A stretch of 63,503 nucleotides of DNA, counting the filler, from Patellaria atrata CBS 101060 (Eukaryota), in the NCBI GenBank assembly GCA_010093705.1. It is 5 parts of 4 records of this genome, joined end to end, with 100 filler letters (N's around TTAATTAATTAA, not from the genome) between each part and the next. Parts side by side here need not be neighbours in the genome. Positions count along the whole stretch, not along the records: positions 1 to 18,554 come from MU006126.1; positions 18,655 to 44,769 come from MU006129.1; 3 more parts are not named here. One strand, 5' to 3'. The notes under the pieces were generated by a model that saw only the letters and a list, made by a program, of their open reading frames with translations, searched no databases and was not told where the DNA came from. A program made the position numbers and the translations under genes. The first letter of the stretch is position 1. The number at the start of each line of letters is the position of its first letter. Of the stretch, positions 12,386 to 20,513 are shown piece after piece.

Positions 12386-13339
12386 ATGGAACCTAGCCCG
12401 TGGGTAGAGGTATCACACACTGGAAATAGCACTGTCTTGCGAGAATACAAAGTTGGTTTCGGCGGTATAGTTGAATCCTCTCAAACTACCCCCTGTATCG
12501 TTACCCTGATCGGTGGCCGAGCGAAGTCCGCCTTGTTGCGTCAGCTCCTCGGCAAGCCGAATTTGCCCACGCTTGTCGCGAGGCACAACCGGGTCTTCTT
12601 ATGGAGTGACCCAAAGACTCTGCGTAATCACTCGCCCACTGTCTTCATTGATAGTGAGCTTCATACACATAAGGTCGAGGATGTCCCTGAAGTGGGCGCA
12701 TGCACCAAAAGAGCGATCACCTGGTTCACGGATAGGTCCCAGCCGATGGGCAACAGATTCCATATTGAGGTCCTGTCTCCAGTGTCCGACGTCGTCTGTT
12801 ATTTCTCATCTGACCTCCGTGGCTTCGAGGGTATAGCTCAACTACTAGCGGAGCAAGCTTTACACGTCCCCACCCATGGCCTTCCCCGTTACGCTCTACC
12901 ACGTGTTGTCGTCGTTCTCGACACAAGCTCGGAGACCTTCGATCCAAGTGCGGCAGAGTCACGGCTCGTTCAGAAAATCACTTCCTTCATGCGCTCGGCG
13001 AGAGGTGAATCTTCAGAGGAGCAATTACTAGAATATCTGTATTCGAACTTTTTCTCCATAGGTATTCTCGGTTTGCGCACAGGGTGGAATAACGCAAGTC
13101 GAGCCAAAGTCTTCCGCAAAAGGATCCGCGCTGTAGTTCTAGGCGAGCACCAGAGCAGCGTTCGCCATCGGCATGGGTTCGCTTTCAACTGCGGGCATTT
13201 GAAAGCTATGTGCAGTCTTGCAATCCAGAGCTTCTGCGACTCCTCGCCATTCAACTTTATTGATGCTTCACGTCCCCTTGGTTACGACTCGCAGTTTTTC
13301 ACCTTCCACCTTCAGAACGTTCTGCAATGCATGCCCAGC
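12386..13339 (+). pseudogene. N-terminal part of a Starship-type patatin-like phospholipase (PLP) gene, interrupted by a Copia insertion
   Basis: The pattern FLWSD...PTVFIDS, LSPVSDVVCYFSSDL, LPRVVVV, FNCGHL...PFNFIDASR...HL resembles the N-terminus of PLPs found next to DUF3723. The gene is divergent from DUF3723 and its frame runs directly into the LTR at 13340. The patatin domain itself is not in the window. Confidence 0.65.
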
Positions 13340-13548
13340 TGTCAGACTGAAGAAGTTAGTAGTAACGGATAATCAAGTATATTTCCTACTGCCTTACGCT
13401 AGCTATTAGCACCATTCCTTTGACACAGCTGCCTAGTAGGTATCAACGCTGTTGCCTGCATGTTCTCATGTATTTAAACGCTCGTTAGAACAGTCATTAA
13501 ACAATCAAGCGATATCCCCCCATCGATTTGTGCATCACAAATCTGACA
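13340..13548 (+). repeat. 5' LTR (209 bp)
   Basis: TG...CA termini with an inverted repeat; followed directly by the PBS. Confidence 0.95.
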
Positions 13549-13561
13549 GTTATGAGCCCGG
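13549..13561 (+). promoter_or_regulatory. Primer-binding site GTTATGAGCCCGG (internal initiator tRNA-Met type, as in copia/Ty5)
   Basis: Lies directly 3' of the LTR. The same motif follows LTRs at 37609-37621 and 40096-40108 on the minus strand. Confidence 0.8.
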
Positions 13562-13707
13562 TTTGCCCTAGGTTCTAAAATCAGTTTATATCGGATATTT
13601 GTCTATCTTTTAGATCTTTGGTGTATCAAGTTCACCTTCTTTTGATCCTATCTTTGCTCAAATATCCTCCCTTTTTATCTGGTTTTCTGATACCAACCGC
13701 TACCACA

Positions 13708-16700
13708 ATGTCGTCTTCAAATACTATCAAATCTACTGTTGTTCTCAACTCCTCGACGGATTGGAACTTGTGGATTGGCCTTATAAGGGGCAAAGCAGGC
13801 ACGGCCTGGAAGTATTGTGATCCAAATGATGCTTCACCCCCTGTTTTAAGCGCACCAGATCAACTGACAGATAAGGACCCTGCTGCTGTCGAAAATCATA
13901 GAATTCTGTATAGAGAATTCGAAAAGGCTCAGACCAAGTTAGATAACGTATCTGACTTTGTGTTCGAATCTGTGTCAACTCAACATCTTGTTTTTATCAT
14001 CAGGCTGAATACCCTTCACGAAAGGCTTGTTGAATTAAAGAAGAGACTTCAACCAGACGATCGAGCCACCTATTTGGATCTTCAGGCCCGGATCTACCGT
14101 CTGAGATCAACTATCAAAAAGAGCTCAGTTCTTGACTGGCTCCAACGTTTTGAAACCGTCTATACTGAGTGCAAAACGTCCAACCATCCCCTCTATCAGG
14201 GCCATATGCTCGAGTTCGAACTACTTGAAGGCCTCAAAAAGATAGATCCACAATGGGCAACTTCCTGTCAGAAAGATCTTAACAGACAGATTAGATCCAT
14301 ACCAAAACTGACCTCTCAACCTATTACTCAGGAAGTTACACCAACCAGAGACACCGTGAAATATGTCGACGACGTCTATGACCTTATCTCAGAATTCACT
14401 AGTTATTACCGATCCGTTCAGGCTGTTGGGGGTAACTCTGGATCAGGCTCATCAAGCACAGCTTTTGCCACCTTTCAGGGAGAATCAAATAACCCAACAG
14501 CTAACATTGACAAAAAGGAGAAATCTAAGAAATCTCACACTGGTGATAAGCGGGATCCACCTACATGCCTTTGCGGAGAAAAACACCTATTCTATACGTG
14601 TTCCTACATCAATCCAGCTGTCAAGAAGACTAATAGCTACTCTGATCAGACTCAACGAGAGGTCGAAGAGAAGTATCAGAAATCTAGCGATAGAGTTAAG
14701 TATACTATTGACAATATCCGGTCAATTTTCAAGGAATCCTCTCAGGGGTCAAAACAGCAAAACGACTCCAAATCCTCTGAAACCTCAAGCAAAAAGGTCA
14801 ATCTGATGGCCACGAGCCTCCCTAACGACTTGCCCTTCAAATTCTCAGCTAGTTTCTTGCTAGACGGTGGGTCTGATGTCCACGTTTGCAACAATCCGGA
14901 CATCTTTAAGATCGAACGAGTAGAACCAGGTTTAACGCTCGGAATGGGCTTTGGATCCGTTCCAGTTGAAGCCATCGGAAGCTTTGAAGTCCCTGTAGAT
15001 ACACCATACGGAAGGGACTATATCACTATGAACGACGCCTATTTATGCCCACAATTCAGAACATCTCTGATCTCACAGTCTCGAGCTCAAAAACGAGGAG
15101 TATTCCACCACGCACGGAAAGGGATCTTTGAGGATTTAGACGGAAACGAAATTTGTAAAATCTACCTGATTGACACCCTATACGTACTCCATCATGTCGA
15201 GCTTGACATCAATCAACAGCGCGTCGCTATGGTAACTCGCTCCGCTCAGCCGAGGCCGCCAATATCAGCCCCTGCTGAGAAATGGCATAAAATGCTCGCA
15301 CATCCAGGACCTGAGACCCTCGAACATCTCCAAGCGAACGTGACTGGAGCTGAAGTCTTTGGCAGAGGTCCTACCACAGTCGAATGCGAAACTTGCGCTT
15401 TGACTAAATCAACAGAGATTGTTTCACGAAGACCAAGGGCCACTTTACCCGCAACGAGACCCTTTGAACGAGTTGCTTTTGACCTTATTTACCTTAAAGG
15501 TGGTTATAACGGAAGCAAATACGTATCTCACTTCTATGATAGGGCCACTGGCTGGCACGAAGCCGTATCTCACACTCGGAAAAGCCAAGTTAGCCAGATT
15601 TGCAAATATTTCGTTGCTCGTATCAAAGCTCGATTTGACCATACAGTTGTCTATTTTGAACGTGACGGTGAGAGTGCTCTTACAGCAGAATTTTACGACC
15701 TACTCGCCTCAGAAGGTGGCATATCAGAACCATCAGCCCCTGGCACTCAGGCCCAAAACGGAGGTGCTGAAGCTTCTGGAAGGGTGTTGGTAGTAAAGGC
15801 TCGCTCTCTACGAATTGGTGCTAATTTACCCCACGATATCTGGATTGAACCAATCAATACAGCTGTATATCTAGCTAATAGGACTCCTCAGAAACGGCTC
15901 AACTGGAAAACACCGTACGAAATGGTCACTGGTAGGAAACCAGATCTTAGCCACCTGAAAGTATACGGTTGCAAAGCATATGTTTTGAAGAAAGATATAC
16001 CCAAACTTCAAAAACTCGATCCACGTGCCCATATTGGCTACCTAGTTGGATACGACTCATCAAATATCTTCAGAATCTGGGTTCCTAGTCGTAAACGCGT
16101 TTTCTCCTCAAGAGACGTTCGTTTTGATGAAAACGAGCTATATAGGCCTCAAGCCATCGACATTGGTCACATTTTGAAGGAATCCACTGAAGATATCATC
16201 GACATAATCGAGATACCAGCCAAACTCAGGGCTATGGCCTTGCAGGAAGATTTCCCAGCCATACTAGACAATGACGATGATTTTTCGGAATTAGGGGTTG
16301 CCCCTAAGCTTGTTCCTACTCTTAAGGATACAACCAAAAATGGTCCCATACCATCGGCCAATAGTAGCGCCATATCCGCTCAAAGGTCACCCAATCCTTA
16401 CCTACCTAGCCCGAGAGCTACACCAGATGGTGTTGACCCCCAGCAACAAGTAGCAACTCCTCTGGATCAGTATCATGACTTTTATGATGCCTTAGATTCG
16501 GCTCCTGAGGATCCGTCCCATCAGCTCACCCAGGAGCTTGCCCAAGATTTAGCAAGGGATACTCAAGATACTCAGGATTTGGCTCAAAACGAGCCCAGCC
16601 CCTCCACTTCGTCAAACACCACAGCTCATGCTAGAAGTTCACGAAACACGGCCCCACGAGCTAATTTAATCTCGTCTGACTTTTCAGAATCAAATATACT

Positions 16701-18438
16701 AACTTCTAAACGTCGCCGTGGCCGAACGGACCATAACGCGCTATTTACCTCCTTTTTAGCCTCCCAAAAACGTGAAATCCAACCAACGAACCGGCTACAT
16801 AGAAGTCAGCTTCCCCCAGCACCAGGTGGTTGGAAGCAAGCTCTTAATCACCCTTTTAAGCAAGATTGGCTAACAGCAGCCACTCGGGAGTATACTGAAC
16901 TACAGCGTCGTGGCACGTTTACTGTTGAACGGAGATCCGATCTGCTAGAAGGAACTCAGATAGTTCCCCTGACTTGGGTTTGGACATACAAATACGACGA
17001 GGAGGGATTTCTAACCAAGTTCAAAGCGCGACTTTGCGTCAGAGGCGATTTGCAATACACAGATCTGGATACCTATGCTGCTACTCTAGCTATACGTACT
17101 ATGCGAGCTATACTATCGATTGCAGCTGCTTTTGGCCTAATAGCTCACCATTTAGATGCTGTAAACGCCTTTGTAAACAGCCCACTTGACGAAGAGGTAT
17201 ACTGCATCCCACCTAACGGATTTACAACCCCTGGATCCGTTCTTCACCTCAAACGAGCCCTATATGGTCTTAAAAGATCTCCTCTACTTTGGTGGAAGAC
17301 ACTATCTAGGTCCCTTGAAGATCTGGGTCTATCTGAAGTATCAGGTGTCAATTGCCTGTATACGAATGACTGGCTAACCGTATTTTTCTATGTGGACGAT
17401 ATAGTTTTACTTTGCTCACCATACTATTCTGAAGAACTAAAAGAGTTCAAATCCAAACTAATGGCTCAGTATCCGATGAAAGATCTTGGAGATCTTCAGT
17501 ACTTCCTAGGTATCCGTATCGTACGTGACCTAGACGCACGTAAGCTATGGCTCTGTCAAGATGCCTATCTTGAGAATATCTTCTCAAAATTCAAACTGAT
17601 CGAATTCGACGGAAAAGTTCCACGAACACCGCTTCCATCTGGTGTTTTAGAACGGTCCACAACTCAGGCATCTCCTTCTCAAATTCGCCTTTACCAGCAG
17701 TTAATTGGCTCAATTATTTGGCCAGCCTCAACAACAAGACCTGACGTAGCTAAAGCAGCTTCAGAACTGTCGAAATACCTCACCAATCCGTCGGAACGAC
17801 ATATCAAAGCGGCAAAACAAGCTATTTGTTACCTATACCATACTAGATTTTGCTCCATTGGGTATAGCAACGAGCCACAGGATAGCACGATCTTCGTAGT
17901 TGCCTCAGATGCATCATTTGCTGATGATACTATAGATCGCAAAAGTAGTCAGGGCTATCTATTTTCGTTATTTGGTGGACCAATTGATTGGAAAGCTTCA
18001 AAGCAAGATACGGTCACCACGTCAAGCACGGAAGCTGAACTGCTATCGCTCTCTTTAACAGCTAGAGAGCTGATCTCGTGGAAACGCCTTTTTGATCATA
18101 TTGATTTCGATCCAGAACAACAGATCTCAATTTTCTGCGACAATCGCCAAACTATACGGCTTCTTGAGGCTGATACGCCTCAACTCACAACTAAACTTCG
18201 ACACGTAGATATTCACCAACACTGGCTACGTCAAGAGGTCCAAAACGGTACCATTGCCGTCAACTGGAAGCCTACAGCTGAGATGCCAGCTGACGGATTC
18301 ACCAAATTGTTACCTCCACAGAAGCATCAACACTTCCTCCTACAGTTAGGAATGACGGATATCCAGCATCACGTCGAACAGCTCGATTCAAGAAAGAAGA
18401 CCCAAAACGGTTATACAGCACGAGTAGTCCCTCTCTAG
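13708..18438 (+). CDS. Copia gag-pol polyprotein (Gag, protease, integrase, RT, RNase H)
   Basis: Uninterrupted ORF with CLCGEKH knuckle, LLDGGSDVHVCN protease, WHKMLAHP...CETC, integrase core, YVDD and RNase H. The first in-frame ATG is at 13708. Confidence 0.95.
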   Translation: MSSSNTIKSTVVLNSSTDWNLWIGLIRGKAGTAWKYCDPNDASPPVLSAPDQLTDKDPAAVENHRILYREFEKAQTKLDNVSDFVFESVSTQHLVFIIRLNTLHERLVELKKRLQPDDRATYLDLQARIYRLRSTIKKSSVLDWLQRFETVYTECKTSNHPLYQGHMLEFELLEGLKKIDPQWATSCQKDLNRQIRSIPKLTSQPITQEVTPTRDTVKYVDDVYDLISEFTSYYRSVQAVGGNSGSGSSSTAFATFQGESNNPTANIDKKEKSKKSHTGDKRDPPTCLCGEKHLFYTCSYINPAVKKTNSYSDQTQREVEEKYQKSSDRVKYTIDNIRSIFKESSQGSKQQNDSKSSETSSKKVNLMATSLPNDLPFKFSASFLLDGGSDVHVCNNPDIFKIERVEPGLTLGMGFGSVPVEAIGSFEVPVDTPYGRDYITMNDAYLCPQFRTSLISQSRAQKRGVFHHARKGIFEDLDGNEICKIYLIDTLYVLHHVELDINQQRVAMVTRSAQPRPPISAPAEKWHKMLAHPGPETLEHLQANVTGAEVFGRGPTTVECETCALTKSTEIVSRRPRATLPATRPFERVAFDLIYLKGGYNGSKYVSHFYDRATGWHEAVSHTRKSQVSQICKYFVARIKARFDHTVVYFERDGESALTAEFYDLLASEGGISEPSAPGTQAQNGGAEASGRVLVVKARSLRIGANLPHDIWIEPINTAVYLANRTPQKRLNWKTPYEMVTGRKPDLSHLKVYGCKAYVLKKDIPKLQKLDPRAHIGYLVGYDSSNIFRIWVPSRKRVFSSRDVRFDENELYRPQAIDIGHILKESTEDIIDIIEIPAKLRAMALQEDFPAILDNDDDFSELGVAPKLVPTLKDTTKNGPIPSANSSAISAQRSPNPYLPSPRATPDGVDPQQQVATPLDQYHDFYDALDSAPEDPSHQLTQELAQDLARDTQDTQDLAQNEPSPSTSSNTTAHARSSRNTAPRANLISSDFSESNILTSKRRRGRTDHNALFTSFLASQKREIQPTNRLHRSQLPPAPGGWKQALNHPFKQDWLTAATREYTELQRRGTFTVERRSDLLEGTQIVPLTWVWTYKYDEEGFLTKFKARLCVRGDLQYTDLDTYAATLAIRTMRAILSIAAAFGLIAHHLDAVNAFVNSPLDEEVYCIPPNGFTTPGSVLHLKRALYGLKRSPLLWWKTLSRSLEDLGLSEVSGVNCLYTNDWLTVFFYVDDIVLLCSPYYSEELKEFKSKLMAQYPMKDLGDLQYFLGIRIVRDLDARKLWLCQDAYLENIFSKFKLIEFDGKVPRTPLPSGVLERSTTQASPSQIRLYQQLIGSIIWPASTTRPDVAKAASELSKYLTNPSERHIKAAKQAICYLYHTRFCSIGYSNEPQDSTIFVVASDASFADDTIDRKSSQGYLFSLFGGPIDWKASKQDTVTTSSTEAELLSLSLTARELISWKRLFDHIDFDPEQQISIFCDNRQTIRLLEADTPQLTTKLRHVDIHQHWLRQEVQNGTIAVNWKPTAEMPADGFTKLLPPQKHQHFLLQLGMTDIQHHVEQLDSRKKTQNGYTARVVPL

Positions 18439-18459
18439 GCCTCTCGAGCTGGAAGGGTG

Positions 18460-18554
18460 TGTCAGACTGAAGAAGTTAGTAGTAACGGATAATCAAGTAT
18501 ATTTCCTACTGCCTTACGCTAGCTATTAGCACCATTCCTTTGACACAGCTGCCT
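18460..18554 (+). repeat. 3' LTR, truncated by the assembly spacer
   Basis: Identical to 13340-13434. Confidence 0.95.
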
Positions 18555-18654
18555 NNNNNNNNNNNNNNNNNNNNNNNNNNNNNNNNNNNNNNNNNNNNTT
18601 AATTAATTAANNNNNNNNNNNNNNNNNNNNNNNNNNNNNNNNNNNNNNNNNNNN
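18555..18654. other. Artificial contig spacer
   Basis: 44 N + TTAATTAATTAA (stop codons in all six frames) + 44 N. Confidence 0.97.
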
Positions 18655-18761
18655 CCTTTACTGATTTGCAGCAAGTTTTTTAAATCAGTAATACCCCTGC
18701 TCTTCAGGTGCGCACGGTCCACATTTAAATCAGTTATACATTTACTGATTTAAGCATTGCA
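18655..18761 (-). mobile_element. Terminus of a putative DNA element inserted into the DUF3505 gene
   Basis: Inverted repeats TTACTGATTT/AAATCAGTAA and TTAAATCAGT...ACTGATTTAA, ending TAAGCATTGCA|GTTAGGG. Same architecture as the terminus at 19715-19826. Confidence 0.55.
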
Positions 18762-19424
18762 GTTAGGGATAAACCTATTCTTATCCGGTTCCACGATCGA
18801 GTATAAATTCTTCTTTATCTTCTTTAACTAGCTAGATATATTGGCGAATATTTCTTCTAGTTATTAGCTTATCTTAACTTCCTCTTCTTATATATCTCTT
18901 CCTACTATATCTATCTTCTTCTTCTCCTCCTAACTATTAACCTTAAATAGCTTTCCTAGCTTACCGGCTCCTATAAACTTTTGGTAGTGTATACCTTAAA
19001 TCTATGACTTTTCTCTATCTAGCTATAGACCGTCAGCTAGTCGTCCTCTCTACTTGCTAACCTATCTATATTTCTTGCGATAGTGGCTCTTCATATTTCT
19101 TATATCCCTATTAATATATCTACACTCCTTTAGTCCCTCTATTATTGCTTTTACTGTATATCTGAGCCTATCCTTATAGATTGCTAATCCTAGGATCGGA
19201 TCTAAACCTAACACTGGCTAGACCACCTAATCTTCTGTCATCGCAAATCCTTTAATGCCGGCCGTAAACTGGACCATCTCTTTCCTACTTCTTGCGGTCA
19301 AGTGCGCATGCCTTGCTGCTAGATATGTACTACACTGCGTCAGTAAACAGCCAATCCGACACTCTCTACAGATTATAATGCCGTATCTTGATGCATAGTC
19401 GAAAAGCTGGTTAAACTGATCCAT
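18762..19424 (-). pseudogene. DUF3505/OrsD-like N-terminus (type usually found on fungal RecQ-helicase-associated genes); RIP-damaged and truncated
   Basis: YGIIICRECRIGC...HAHL...DPILGLAIY...KECRY...MKSHYRKKY...GIHYQKF...RFIPN| with many TAG/TAA stops. Recognised by eye. Confidence 0.65.
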
Positions 19425-19714
19425 AATGATGATAACTCTAACTGATTTTCTTGCTAACTGCTCCGTAGAGGCATAATCGCTAGGAGAGAATACTTCTAGA
19501 GAGGCTTACTCTCCCCCTAGACTAGGAGATGGAGGTCCTTAGCAGTGCGCACGGATGGAAATTTGCCTTATCCAAAGAATTCTAACCTGATATGTTAACA
19601 TGATAGTCTAGCATCAAAAAACTAGCTAATAAACGAATCTAACTTTATTAGAATATTCATCTAGGTTAATTGCACCCTTCTATCGGTTTGCATCGCAATA
19701 TATCTGAAGATTTT

Positions 19715-19820
19715 AACCTTAAAACACTTTTGAAAGTAAGAAAGTGTTTTAAGCCCCCGGTTTTCAGAATCTTGGCGCCAAAAAAAAGTGTTTTAGACCT
19801 TAAAACACTTAAGCATTATA
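19715..19820 (-). mobile_element. Hairpin-rich terminus of the DUF3505-carrying element
   Basis: Repeated TAAAACACTT/AAGTGTTTTA inverted pairs ending TAAGCATTATA|GTTAGGC, abutting a Copia integrase fragment. Confidence 0.6.
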
Positions 19821-20059
19821 GTTAGGCTACAATGGATGTGAGTTTTTGACCCATTTTTACGACAGATATTCGGGGTGGCACGAAGCCATAGCCCACCACT
19901 TGAGAGGCCAGACAGCCCAGATAGCTATGAACTTTATAGCACGTATTCGGGCCGTTTTCGGGCATGTTGTCGTCTACTTTGAGAGAGACGGAGAGACAGC
20001 TCTAGCTGGAGCCTTTGCTAAAAAGCTTCAGGCATCAGGCGGAGTAGCAGAGTCATCAG
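19821..20059 (+). mobile_element. Copia integrase fragment
   Basis: LGYNGCEFLTHFYDRYSGWHEA...VVYFERDGETAL is homologous to the integrase of the 13708 ORF (GYNGSKYVSHFYDRATGWHEA...VVYFERDGESAL). Confidence 0.9.
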
Positions 20060-20513
20060 TGTGAGATTGTGGATAACTGAATGTAGTCACTTGATTCTTC
20101 GTACAACTACGGATTCTATCTAGTGTTTATATAATGATACACAGCGAATCCGACCTCCTGTTGCTCTTGGTCGGTATTGAATCCGAAGCACAACTTTTCA
20201 TGGTCCTACTTGGCCCACCACGCGATAAAGTTCCTGTTTGTCTTCTCTGTTCCCGTCACTATACCAACTGGGTTCTAGAGAGAAATATTCGCATGTTCCC
20301 AGTCCCCGTTTTGCTAGTGCTCCCGGTTTCAATGGGGATAAAAGACTCGACAAGAGTGTTCTGGTTCTATTGCTAGGAACACCTTTTCGGATGAAGGGGA
20401 GAATAGATAGTAGTTTGGCCTAGTCACCTAGAGAACGCCTGCGAGGGATTTCTAATATACTTGCTTCAATATGGGCAAACTCAAACGTGACCACTGCGAT
20501 AACGAGTCTAACA
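20060..20513 (-). repeat. Probable solo Copia LTR (about 454 bp) without TSD
   Basis: The first ~77 bp (plus strand) match the LTR at 53270 (TGTGAGATTGTGG.TAACTGAATGTAGTC...ATAATGA). The putative other end is TCTAACA at 20507-20513. The flanks differ (ATCAG vs CCGTC). Confidence 0.6.

Larger units (their letters stand above)
13340..18554 (+). mobile_element. Full-length, apparently intact Ty1/Copia element
   Basis: 5' LTR 13340-13548 (TGTCAGA...TCTGACA), PBS GTTATGAGCCCGG, single gag-pol ORF, PPT AGCTGGAAGGGTG, and a 3' LTR from 18460 that is identical to the 5' LTR over the 95 bp visible before the spacer. Confidence 0.97.

Noticed and set aside
18599..18610. TTAATTAATTAA palindrome recurring four times, as a biological motif
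   Set aside because: It is always centred in exactly 44+44 N, so it is an assembly linker.
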